Assembly (NCBI GenBank): GCA_964035545.1
Contig: OZ037768.1
Location: forward strand, 6,480,741 to 6,544,740
Direction of reading: 5' to 3'
DNA length: 64,000 nt
From: Bugula neritina
Taxonomy: Eukaryota > Animalia > Bryozoa
Shown here piece after piece: positions 13,372 to 26,760 of this stretch. Numbering within the stretch: position 1 is the stretch's first letter; each line of letters begins with the position of its first letter. The notes beneath the pieces were generated by a model. That model searched no databases and had not been told where the DNA came from. It was given only the letters and a program-made list of their open reading frames with translations. The position numbers were made by a program, and so were the translations under genes.

Positions 13372-16300
13372 ATGGCGCAGCAATCACTATTTGATGCAAT
13401 CGTTGGTAAGTTTGTAAGTAAAATTATTTTGAAACGACATAGTGAAGCGAAAAAAATATATAACGACTTTATTATTTAGCAATAATTTGTGTTTTGATCT
13501 TAAGTTTTGTTATTAGATTGATTAGTTATATAAAAACATTGTAATAATTATAGGGAGTTTTGAAGAACATCTAACTATGAACTAAAGTTGCTCGCTTTTT
13601 GCGAGATTTTGCACAAACCTGTGACCAATGACAAGTGCTTGCAGACAGCATAATAGAATAGTAAACTTTTTAATATTATGCTGCAAAATTGTAAAGCATT
13701 TTATGCAGCTATGCTAATCTTTGTTAATAAAATTCATTTACCAGCTCAAAATTAATGAAAAATTCTACTATGCTAAAAGGAAATTACTCAATTAGTTGAT
13801 CAAAAATTTGATTATATTTATTCATCGTAATTATTCATTGGCATTATGATTATAATTATGATAATCATAATAATAATGCCAATTAATAATTACGATGAAT
13901 AAATATAATCAAATTTCTGAATTTTTTCCATTTGGAAACAAATACTGAATAGTAATACAATCACTATGACTATCACTATGACATTGACCATCACTATCAC
14001 TATGCTAATAATGTGATAAAAGTATTAACTACATTTAATAATTCTGTTCACCAAACGAGGCACGTCGCTTACACTAATTTACTATTTAGTGGTCTAACGT
14101 GATTGCATCTTCAAGTAAGTCAAGTAAGTAAATCAGTATGAGTATGAGCATCAGCATTGATTAAATTTAATACTTTTATTTTTAACCATTTTCTGCCACT
14201 GTATTTATATTGTTATTTGTTTTGATTTATAACAAAATGAGTTCAAAAGTGAGTTGTATGTTTATTCTAGGGTTATTGAGTTATTGCCCCCCCCCCCCCC
14301 CCATGGCCTCATCATGATGAGCTATGTTAATAATGTTAGCACACTTGCTCGGGCAAAATTATTTTTCAATTTAATGCAATATCCAAATCAAAACTGTCAG
14401 TAAATGAAAGTGAATAATGATGATGATACTGCTAATCAATAGCGCTATGATTCATCCATGTGGCCGTTTTAATTTCACCAACAATTTGAGTTTAATGTTT
14501 CAATTTATTAATTTAGCAGTTGCCATTACATTTTTTACTACTTAGATTTCTGACAAACAAAACAAGTATCAAGTTTGCATTTCTTCAGTTTTGGTTGCTG
14601 TTTAAATTTTGCTATATTTATTTTATGTTATAACAATAAATTTATATTAATTATTTTTGTGGAAAAAGAAACTGTATTTAGTCATGTTTAACCATAGCTT
14701 TAATTTAAATTCAAGGTATCACAGAATACTAATATTCATTATTATAGTCCATGTTGTGCTTATGCCTGAAAACTATAGTGTTATTAAATATAATTGTTAC
14801 AATAATGGACATTTTTCAAAAAAATGTAATTTTCAATATTGTTATGATTTTGCGGGTTTAATGAAATAGACAAGTAGTCTGCATGCCAATACTTGTAATT
14901 GTTGAATAAAAGTCTTTGTAAAATATTAATTCTAATAGTCTTTATTGATGTTTCCTCTGCGAGCTCCAGTGTTAGACTGATTCAAACTAGAAAAACTCAC
15001 GCTTATATACAGAGGGGTCCGAAGCTCGTACGAAGTTCGGAGTTCCGGCGACCGATGTCGGAAATATCCGGTCCGATCTCGGACAGGCTCCTCCGACATC
15101 GGTTCCGACTTCGGACGAGCTTCGGCTCACATAGTTAATTATTTATAAAACAAAAAGAAAAGTGGCAGGGAATACAACTCACAAAAACTATTACAGTAAA
15201 CAAACAAAAATAATAGAAAGGGCAATTCACAATCATTACGCTATTCACTACACTAAGAGCTTAGCTATAATTACAATATTTGAGGCATTAGAAAGCTACG
15301 CAAGGAGCTTAGCTATAATTACAGCATTTACAGTATTTACAAAGTTACGCTAAGTCCATTATAATAGTGACGCGATATAATTACTAGAGCGTTAAAATCT
15401 ATTACAATATTATTTTATTACTCATATTATTATGCAGAAAAATTTAACTTTTATGTTTGTATAAAAAATCTATGACTTGTATCTTAATTATACCTCACTA
15501 AAAATCATATCTTTAGTTTCATATACTAAATGCAGCAGGGAAAACTCTGTGTTTATTATTCGTTTTGAATTTGATGATGTGTCTGAAAGTGTGTTTCTTT
15601 TAAAAAACAGCATTTTCATTCTTGGAGGAGCTTGTAAAAACGTAATGCTTTAATGAAAAAGAATTTCAAACTATTAACTTACCTATTTTGTTCTTGTATG
15701 AGTTATTTGAACTAAACAAATTGAAATACTGTATTTATTACTATTTAAGGTGTAGACAATAACACTTATTTATCCGTACAGTCAATATTAGAAGCTCAAA
15801 ATGTGCAAGATGGACATCCTTGTCAAGCTTCTTCTACTAACAACCAAGGTAAAAATTTTGTCATTCAGTTGATTGAAGTAATAGCATTTTTATCCAAAGT
15901 TAAGTTAGCGTATTGATGAAAAAAATTTAAACTATTAATAGGCATATTTTATTTTTTAAGAATGCAGTGTTTTTTCGCGAAATGTAACATTAGAATACCA
16001 TATATTTGAACTTCGATTAAAATTGCTACAAAGTCTGAAACTTTTATTGTTAAAAATGGTTAAGCTCGTTATTGATTTCATCTGTCTAGACTACAGTAAA
16101 TCTTCTGAGATTTTCCTTCTCATTTGTTTTCTAATTAGAATACGGAAAACATTACTAAGTATTGTTTTGTAGATGAAGATGATTTGTTTCAGTGTGGAAA
16201 ATGTAAACAACAATTTTCCTCACTATCAGTCTTTGTGGCTCACAAGCAGCATCCATGTGGCAGTCAGATGACTGGCAACGGGGGAGCAATTCCAAATCAG

Positions 16301-19300
16301 CAAACCGTCCAAATGCCACAGATGTACAGCCAGCGGCCAGTAAATACATTCTAATTATCAAGCCATGATTATAGTGTTGTATAGATTATGTTTTGTGCTG
16401 TTTTGAAGTATAGAATTATAAGATTTAATGCTACACTGCCTTGTTGTTATGTTTCAGGCTAATGAAAACATTACAACTGACTCAACTTATAACCAGCTGC
16501 CAACTAATATTGTTCTTCCAGATGACATAATGACACTGTCTCTTGAAGCAAGCAGTGCTAACACTGGAACTTTGCAACTGGTAGGGTATGCGGCTCTATC
16601 GGTTCAATACTTTCTCTTGCTCAAACAGCTTGTAATTGTTGATTTGTGGCCTTGTGACTACTTTACAAGTGACTTCTTGCTGAAAAGTTTAGAAATTATA
16701 TTATTTAAATATATGTTATATTATATAAATAAATATTATATTATATGAATATATAAACAAATAAAAAAATATATATATATCAGCTGAAGTCATAATAGGT
16801 TGCTGCATCTCCTCATATAACTGTAGCGACCTGCCAATGGCGGACACGTGAATCCATTTCTGTCGTCAGTGCAACTGGGAAGTGCAAGTCAGACACCTAA
16901 CAACTCTCAACAGACTGTGTTGTTGGGTAACTACAATGCAAATACAGTCTCTTTAACACCAATCCAAAATTCAACACAGAAATCTCTTCAAATTTCTTCT
17001 CTGAATTCTGTACGTCCACAAAATGCTGTGAACTGCTCAGTTGCTGAACAGCAGTCAGGTTAGTTTCATTTTCTCGAGATCAAAGCTGTGACAATAATGT
17101 TACATGTGATGGTTTCAAATAGTATTGAATATACCCTGTAAGCTATTGGTCTCTACCAACTAAACATTGCTTCATTCATTTATATTTCTATGCCTCACTA
17201 TGCCAGTATCTACAGCACTTTAGTCTTCATGAATGTTGGCTTTGAGATAATATATAGCAACAAAGCTTCTCCCTAGAACTCATTTAAATTCAAACTGGAT
17301 AAGTGCAAACGCAGTTACTCTATAAAGCTTTATAAATCTTCTATAATTATTTCCCAGTGTGCAATGGCTCTAGTGCCGACATGGTGACACTCTTAGTTGA
17401 AGACAGGGAATCGTCTACTCTTCAGTTCTCTGAACCTCAAGTCTATCCTCCACCAGCTCAGCAGATCAACCTGAAAACAGCCCTGATGCTCACTCAGACT
17501 AAACCAGCATCTAGACCAACTGCAATAGTAAAATCTAAGAAGAAGCCCAAATCTAAACTAATAGCCAAACAGCCACTTTCTTGTCAATTTTGTAGAAAAG
17601 TTAGTTGCATAACATAGCTTGTTGTACTCTATTTTAGCTAGTGGCAGTAAAATTTGGTACTATTTACGTATTATTAAATGTGAAAATAATTTCTATATCG
17701 AGCATGCCAATGAACCGGATATAATGCTGACAATAACCTAGAAGTGAATTAATTTTAATAGATGTTGTATTGCTGCAATAATATATACTTAATTATGATT
17801 GGGTATGCAATATTTTGTAGACATTTATGAAGCAATTTGATTTACAACAGCATATAAGAGCCCACACTGGTGAGAAGCCATTCCAGTGTGTGGTGTGTGG
17901 TAGAGGCTTTTCTCAGAAGTCAAATGTCAAAAAACACATGCAAACTCACAAGGTATCGCGGAAAAATATTTCATCTGCATATTGTCCTTGTATTTTTAGT
18001 ATTTTGACATTTTAGGTCTATTTATCGATATGTTTTCAATTTTTACACTGCTTTAATTTTCGTGCAATGTTTAGGATATGTTAATAAGTGAGACAATTTA
18101 TTATCACTTGTGTAACTTATGCTGTGTTCTAAGCTGACAATACAGTGTTGCTGTAGGTCTGGCCATTGGGCTCACAGTTTCCTCTGCCTGAGCAGCCACC
18201 ACCACAGCTCATGGTTGTAAGAGAGAGTAAAACATCTAATCAAAACCAGCACAGCTCCACTAACTCAAGTACACAATGTAAAGGTAATGAACGGCAGAAC
18301 TAGTAAGCAGCATTCAAACTTAAAGTTTGCCTTTCTGGTATTTTGCTGCATCAAAAACACTTCTCAAAGATGTCTCTCTATTTGCTATTAAGAGCGGCTA
18401 GTTTGGAGTATCAAAATTGTAAGTTGTGCCACATTGAGTCGTATCATTTTATTTACGTGGTTTGTACTGCATCCTTGTTAAATTGATCATTTTTATCGAT
18501 GAGGAATTTCTTATTTGGGCTACAGTTTTGGTACTGTATCATATGCATTTCACATTTACACATCTCATGATTTTTAACTCTCTGTCACTTTATTCATGCT
18601 GAGAAGAATGAAAAAAAAGTTGCTTTGACAAGATTAGAATTGAACTAATTGCAATTTAATTTTGTCAAACAGCTTGAATTGTGATTGTAAAAAGGCATTT
18701 AAAGCAAAATTAGCTTCACCATTAGAATGGCATATTCATAGCATATATAAGGAATAACATGATAATTATCCTTGTTACAGAGAAAAATAGTGATGATGTA
18801 GATGATGATATAAGATCAATGAGATGGCATTTCATTGTGGACAGTGCTCACATCTGTCCATATTGTCCTAATGCTCAAACCAGGTTTGAAACATACTACC
18901 AACTAAAGAGTCACCTTGTGACCCATAAAACTGAATTGGTGAGTTGTCTTCCCTTTTCATTATGAATATCTTGTGAACATTTTAGGATTTGCTTTCCCAT
19001 TTTTTTCAGTTTATAAGTTAATTGTACTTTGTATATTACAGTTTGCCTAATCATTAAAATGTTAGACTCAACTTCTCAGTGCTCGCTTTCAACTACCACC
19101 ATTTAGGTGCAGATTTTGGCTTCAAATTTATGACTTCTTTTAAGAAAATGTTTCAATAAATTGTTTGCCTGTAACTAAAATATAATTAATGATTGTTATT
19201 ATGCGTAGTTATAATTACTTAACATTGCTATTAGGTTTACAAGTGTGTGGTGAAGAGTTGTGAGGAAACTTTCCCAGAATTGGATGATTTTCTAGAACAT

Positions 19301-21078
19301 ACCAAAATGCATGAATCCAGGTCTGAACTGACCTACAGGTGCCATGAATGTAACAAACAGTTCCCATCACTAGATGCGCTGGGTGCTCATCAATACACAC
19401 ATTTTTTCAACAAAGATGATGACAAACGGAAAAAGTCTGAGAGGTAAGCCTAGTGATGAAATCCAATATTTAGAAGATGGCTACTTTCTTGTTGATATAG
19501 GAAACATTTGGAGTCATCAGGATAGTTTTAATTTCTTTTAGATATATGCTTATGTGAAATACAGAACTGGTATTAGAATTTTCTACTGGGGAAAAAATAG
19601 ATGATCTATTTTTTTTTATTATGAAATTGGTTGCTTTTACTTAGATTAAAATATATTGTAGTAATTGGAAATGTATAGAATGCGGCAGTTCATATACATC
19701 CCCAGAAGGTTTGGAGCATCATATGTCCACCACATCCCATTCTCACTTGTGTCAACATTGTGGTAAAGTGTATGCAACTCCTCGCCTACTGCGCAGACAT
19801 CTTGCTAGTCATAAATCTGAAGGTAGAAATTTGTTTGATCTTAATAGCAGTGTTGTTTAGGACAGAATTATCGGAATTTAAATTATCATTCTTGCTATTT
19901 ATTTAATACTTAGCAGAAGAATTTCGCTGTGATATATGTAACAAGATGATGAAGAGCGAGCACTATCTCAAGGCCCATAAGCTCATACACACTGGTGAAC
20001 TACCATTTGCATGCAACCTGTGTGGTAAAAGATTCAACAGAAAAGATAAAGTCTCTCGCCACATGTCTGTTCATGATCCAGTTAAAAAATTCGTTTGTCC
20101 ATTCAAGGATATCACAGGTATTAATCCTAACTTTCCTAAATGTACATCTCATTGAGTTAAATCTGTTTGGCCATTACATGTCTACATTCGTCTAATTTTA
20201 GGATGTGACAAAGCCTTTGGAAGACCAGACAAGCTGAAGGAACATGTTCTTAAACATACGAAAATAAATGTAGACACTGTAACTAGTCTTCCCAGAAGTG
20301 CGCATGCTACAAGCAGTAGCGTGGTGCTCCTAACAAAGCACGCCAAGTCAGCAGATGGGGATAGTAATACGTTGTGTAAACATTGCAAAACTTGTAGATT
20401 TGAGAGCAAAGAAGAACTGCTGACACATGAAATACTGTGTGCTCAAGTGCCAAAACTGGTAGATAACTATTCATATTTGTTGTAAATGCATTTTACCACA
20501 GTGTATTGAATTGTCGTCTTAGTATGTTTTTTATTAAATACTCAGAAATTTATATATTCGTAACGAATCATTACATGAACAGCTTTATGCAACCAGTTTA
20601 CCTGGTGGGTACAGTAAACCTCGTATGAAACTAGCAGGAAATATATTAGAAAATTATAAACTGATGAAATATGTCATTTAGATAATATTTATTTCTAAAA
20701 CCGCACTAAAAGTTATGTAACCCTTATATTTGTTGATTAACCTAAGGAAAATTTACTATCTAGTGTCATGCTACTCTCTGGCAATTATTGTTTTAGAAAT
20801 GTGAGAAATGTGACTTGACATTCAACACGGACGAGAGTTTTGATCAGCACCAATGTAAACCCATCATGGAGACCTTAAAAATAAGCCAAGTAAACAGCAT
20901 CAAAGTAAATCATCTTAAGAAAAGATCAATGAAAAGGAAAAAACTGAATCGAATTGAACTCAGCCCTCCCAGAGTCAAGACAAGTAGAAGATCTAAAAGA
21001 CTCCCTGTGGATGTTGAAGACGAGTCATCTTCTGTACAAACAACACCCACTAAAGAAGTGACGTCAGAAGTAAAGTAA
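13372..21078 (+). CDS. ZNF341: Zinc finger protein 341 orthologue (about 14 coding exons)
   Basis: The spliced N-terminus [28 protein letters not shown]...[29 protein letters not shown] and the internal [42 protein letters not shown] match hallmark ZNF341 segments. Further C2H2 fingers lie at ~18850-20300. Splice sites are GT-AG and in phase where checked. Stop at 21076-21078. Confidence 0.92.
13804..13916. repeat. Inverted repeat with 44-bp arms (1 mismatch) and an AT-rich loop, in ZNF341 intron 1
   Basis: aaatttgattatatttattcatcgtaattattcattggcattat is followed by its reverse complement. Confidence 0.9.
15010..15125. mobile_element. GC-rich fold-back fragment rich in CCGA/TCGG; probable DNA-transposon end or MITE remnant
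   Basis: ccgaagctcgt...accgatgtcgga pairs with tccgacatcggt...acgagcttcgg. It begins CAGAGGGGTCCG, and no matching second terminus was found. Confidence 0.4.
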
Positions 21079-21339
21079 AGTAATATTAACACTGTGGCCA
21101 ATTTTTCAGCTTAGTCTTTTACTTAGCAAAATATGCAAACAAATGAATAAAACTTTTGCCACTATTGTTTATTAATTTTATACATATATATGTTTGTCAA
21201 TACACAGGCATGATTAGTGAATATTTTTTTATAAAAAATATTTTGGCAATGACTGAAATTAATTTCATATAGTTGTTTTATAGAAAAATATAGAAGAGCA
21301 ATCCAACATAAAAATGTGGGTTTTTATTATATAAATAAG

Positions 21340-24300
21340 TTAACTTTGGTCAAATTTCCCGCCATAAGATTTCATAGTCATTTCCCAATCTTCTTGTGTA
21401 GCAGTTTTAATATTCGGCTCATTTTTCAACACTGTGAGAATAGGGAGGAGGTCACGATTGCACCATCTACAATACATTAAAAAAATCTTGGAATTTGAAC
21501 ATAGACCAGCAACTAGGTTTCCGTTTTCAGCTAGATGTTCACTCATTCAACAGAAAAGGTTTTATTCTATATAAAGACAGCTTGTTTACAACAGCACGTA
21601 CAAAGTTCAATTAGTCTTTTAGATAACCCTGCTAGGAATTTTCATTACTACTAATCTTTGCGAAGTGGTAAATAAAATAATATGCTCATTTGATTTGGCA
21701 TATTTGCAACATTTGTACCTACCTTTGCAACGACGTAAATAAAATAGGCTCTCCAGGGTTTGATGCCGACAACTTTACAAATAAGACTCCTGAAACAAAT
21801 TGCATGAACTAAACAAAACTATCAATTAAATATTGGTGCCAGACAATAGATCAGCAAAAGACTAAATGAGTGTAAAAGTCAGACTAGCATAGTTGAAGGT
21901 ATACCTATGTAGATATTGGCAATGGTAAAAGCTAGCTCCCTGGCAGAGCGATCAGATGTGTGTTGGAATTCCGATCGCATATATGATGCAAACTTGTCCA
22001 AATCTGATACCAACTTCTTGACTGGGGCAGAATCTCCACAGTCTCCAAGCGTATTGTGACAATAAGAAACGAATGCGTTGATAACTTCACCATTAGTTTT
22101 TTGTATAGCTCTCAGAACATCTAGGGAGAGTACGTTGGTAGTGCCTTCCCATATTGGTAAAACCTGTATTAACATATCAAACTTTTCCGAGTCTTAAACG
22201 GAATTAATCCTATTTGTAATGAAAAATTAAATAATTTAGTACAATTGAATCAATCGTAGAAGTTAATTAGAGTTTTTTACTAACCTGAGCATCTCGGAGC
22301 ATAGATGGTAAGCCAGTGTCTTCGATATATCCTTGACCTCCCATACACTCTAAGCCCTCAGACATGACGCTCATGGCTACTTTAGCAGTGTAAATTTTAG
22401 CAACTGGAGTTAATAGACGCATCAGCAATTTTGTAGTGTCTGTAGCACCGCCAGCTTCTATTAGACCAATCATACGTGATAACTCGAAACTAAGCAATGA
22501 GGATGACTGTGTTTTGAGCTAAAATAAAAATATGTGATTAAGCATAATATTACTGACACTTTATGCTTTCTTAAGAAGATATAATCAAAACAATCACACC
22601 CACTTACTTCCATATTGGCTAATGTTCTCATGTGCAATGGATACTTGCAAATAGGAGAGCCAAAGGCTACTCTTTTGGTGCTGTAACTCTTCGCTATCTC
22701 AACCATCCTAAAATGAGAACATTGCATTTAGTGCATGGCATCCGTTGACACCGTCAAACATGATAGATTGTAAAGTTGCATTTATACCTTCACGATTAAC
22801 TGAAACCCAGTACTTTTTTTAGCAAAGGTATAAACGCACCATAGTTTTTGGTTAACCTGATAAACAGTAACAGTTGCTAGTTGCAAATTCAGTAAATTTC
22901 AACTATTATAAAACTATAAGGCTAAAAATAAATATTGACTTCAAAGCAATATTTGTTCACGTATATAAGTTGTACAATAAACTATAAGAATTATATAAAA
23001 AAGCAAAATGAAATGAGCCAGACCATGAGTATGATAAACCTTCTAGTAGCAGAAGATGAAAACAGGCTGTTGTACATTCGGGATATAGTGAGCATATGAG
23101 ATATCGTAGCAACGCCTTTGCCCAGCTCTCCTACCAAGTGAGCTTTTGTTCCTGCTAATAGTAACTCAGCAGTAGGGAGCTGTCTAGTGCCCAGCTTATT
23201 CTTCAGCTTCACAATCTGTATCTCATTGAGCTCCTTGTCACTATTTCTTGTCTCCAGGTAAAACATAGAGAGACCTTTGGTGCCCTAAGCAAAGAAATGA
23301 TTGTATTGAAGAGTATAAGAAAGCATTGTAAACAACACATATAACTTATTACTGCTTTAGGCAATATCTTTATTAAAATCTTTAAAAAAAACAATATAAA
23401 ACAATACCCACCATTTGTATTCAATTGAAAAAAAAATACATCACAGAAATTTTTACAAAAGTTTATTCAGATTAAGGAGATTTATAAAGGTTAAATACTA
23501 TAGAGTGTATAAAATACTTCTTAATGCACACATAGTTTATTAAATATAAAGACATCAAAACAAGTACAATTTAAATAAATCACACTACCTGGGCTGTAGC
23601 ACCATCATCTCCCACAACCCGGGCCAAAGCCAGAGACATGTCTGAATCTGTGGCGGAGGAAAACCATTTATAGCCATAAAGAGAATAAGTGCCGTCATTC
23701 TGTGGATAAGCAACTGTCTCAGTTCCATTCGCTAAAATAAATTTAAAGAGTTTGGCTTTAGACCTCAATTGTATACAAAGTTACTAAATATCTTAACTTC
23801 CTGTGATAGACTTGCACATGAAAGATCAAACATAGTCATTAATGTCGTGTAAAATTTTACCATGCCAATTTGTGTGGTTAGAGAAAGCAAATTTGCCCAT
23901 TCTCAGCTGCAATACACACACGCACGCACACACACCAAGCACATCAATTTCATTGGTTAATCTTTATTGGATAAACTAGTGCAAGACTAGCTTCTAGAAA
24001 GGTTAATACTTAGAAGCCTTAATTTTTCGTCTCGTAATTGCCTAAACTATAAAAAATTCTTAGCAAAACTTTTCGAGCAATATTTTCAACCTGTGAACCT
24101 TACAAGACATACAGCACACACACCTACCTACATCTGAACCACCACCCTTTTCAGTCATCCACTGCCCAGAAGTCCAGAAGAGTTCAGGATCTCTGCTAGT
24201 AAGATGGTTGAATGCTTCCTGCATGAATCCTGGGAAATCGAGAACTTCAATGGTTCTGGCAGCACCGTCAGTCATAGCCAATGGACAGCCATACAGTCCT

Positions 24301-25326
24301 GATGATGGAGAGTAGAGATATAACTTTGCCATTTGATAGATACGACTAAAATACCATATTAGCAGTAAATAGCAAAATATACTTTAATTTGTGCAATAAT
24401 ATGTAATCTGTAACATGAACTTATGTATGTGTTGTATATGATTTCCTCAACAAAAGAAATTTTGCAGGCACTTCAATTAAGGTTTGATATGACATAATTA
24501 GCAAATTTTTCTATAATTGTTATCAATATTTTATGCAAACAAAAAATAAATTCATCAATTATCATTGAAATCAAAAGCCTTTACATTTCTAAAGCTACCA
24601 TGCATGTCAATACATAATTAGGAGCTGCTTAAGTTAGACATTCAAATTATTATTTTAATTAACCACAGTTTATATTTAAAAATACTGCACACAAGAACCT
24701 CACTAACTACTCAAACATATTATAACAACCTAAACTCATGAAAATGCCGTTCATATGCAATCGCTATAAGCCCTTCTTCTGCAGATATACTCTTTTGTGC
24801 CTTCCAAGCAGAAGATGTATGTAACTTGTCGACTCGTTTTCCCCAAGAGTCATATTGCTCCAGCCTAGGTGGTTCTGCTTCACACTGAAGGTGAAGGTCG
24901 TATATTGATGTAGCTACTTCATTACCAAATCTTTGTAAATCAGGATCAATAGAAGCCACCACCTTTATAATAAAAATAACCTAAGTAAAATCTAATAAAA
25001 GCCTATTAGATATTTCTTGCCATTTCTTCAACACTAACCACATGCAAAATTACACTGTTGCTGTGACAGAAACAGAAAAACATTCTAGCTAGTTTTATAT
25101 AAATTTAACACCAACATCTTACCTCTTTAGGAAGATAGGTTTGAAGCCACAGCTGTAGAAACCAGTCACTATCATATTGGTTTTGCAATGTAGGGGGCAC
25201 TTGACTAAATGCGCCAGTTTTTAATTTTTGAAAATGATAGCACCTGTTTAGAACTGGGAACACTCCATGGGCATACTGAAAAACTTGATTCAAGCTTCTT
25301 GTGACGGTACTCATTCTTGGTAGCAT
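21340..25326 (-). CDS. acdh-11: AidB/acdh-11-type acyl-CoA dehydrogenase (about 10 coding exons) with a likely mitochondrial presequence
   Basis: Motifs [72 protein letters not shown] and [12 protein letters not shown] (catalytic Glu) are typical of the AidB-like ACAD clade. The N-terminus is Arg/Ser/Thr-rich and lacks acidic residues. Confidence 0.9.
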
Positions 25327-26199
25327 AACCTTTTCTCCACTAAGTTATTTCAAAAACAAGATTTGTTAGTGAGTGTTGACATTGGGAATGAAACTGGAAG
25401 TGTTGAAGTGTTAATAATATTGGTGGTAAGAATAAACTTTAACCCACCAAAGTTTTGTTGGAACTACTTTGAGCTTGGTAGATTTATTGCCATAGAAGTA
25501 CTAGCGAGGCTTAATATATCTTCAAGGACATAAACAATTATCTTGACAACTGTTAATTGTAACTAAATTCAAATTGTATTATCACCACTCAATCTAATGC
25601 AATACTATTTTTAAACAAAAATCTAACATATTTAAAAACAAATAAAATGACTCAACCAGGCACATGCTGATGTCTAAGCACTGCAAATTATTGTTAAATT
25701 GAGTTTACCAAGTGAAAGTGTAAATAAAAAAATTCAACTTGAAGAGGTTTATTTTACTAAACTAATTTTTATTTTAAAATAATCTAAAGCTAAAAGTAAA
25801 AGTAAATCTAAATAACTGTGTCACAACATAATGATCATTAGTATCATTATGATCTCTAATATTAATTCTTAATGAATTATCCTTGGCATAATTATAATAA
25901 TATTAATTGCTATCCCTCATTTAGTCATTGGCTCATTCACTTCAAGTATTTCAGTAATTGTCTTAATCGCTATAACTATCACTATGAGTGTGACCTGTGA
26001 CTACCACTATTACTATTAAGAATAAGTATAAGTATCACTATCAGTATGACTATCACTATGACTATAAGTATAACTATAACTATAAGTATAAGATTAACTT
26101 TAAGTATAAGTAATTAAGTTAATGTTAGTTAGTTGAACTTAAACTTAAAGTTAATCATTAAGTTAATGACAAGTTGAATGACTTATGAGTGATAAGAAA

Positions 26200-26760
26200 C
26201 AAAAATTCAAGGGCTCCGGGACACATTTTTCTGATTTTAACGTTTTACTTAATTCATGACATACTATTAGTACTAGTAATATTCTAAATTAAAAATTGAG
26301 TTCATCAAATTTTAATTTCATGCACAGAACTAAAGTTTAGGAAAGGGTAAAGGTTAACTTTAAATTTGACCTTGTTACTATGTCAAGGACAGTTGCTAAA
26401 ATATTTTATTTTTTTGAACTTATTTTTTAATTTTCTGTACTTATTGGTTTAGCTCAAGTTAACCAATAAGTATGTCGTGCCATGTTTCAAAACTTTCAAG
26501 CATTCATAACCGTTTCATGTTATTTATTAATTTTGCTGGAATGCACATTATTCAATTACGGCGCTAATCTTTCTCTTGGTTATAATATTGCGATATCTAA
26601 TAGTCACGTGATAGCTACAGCATAGTTACCAGTCATCAAATGAAGTTTATCTGAAAACCTCGTTATCATTACAACTGCCTTTTCGTTTTAATTTGCATCT
26701 TCAGCTAGAATCAGAATCAGAGTGGACCGCTTATTATTTTTTGGTCAATATAACTAAAAC
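26200..26760. promoter_or_regulatory. Putative divergent promoter between the ACAD gene (-) and the giant FN3 gene (+)
   Basis: Local CpG enrichment, an E-box GTCACGTGA at ~26603, an X-box-like GTTACTATGTCAAG at 26374-26387, and a 12-bp-stem hairpin at 26438-26472. Confidence 0.4.

Noticed and set aside
14288-14302. Poly-C run (and poly-G at ~51810-51823)
   Set aside because: Simple homopolymers of unreliable length with no supporting context.
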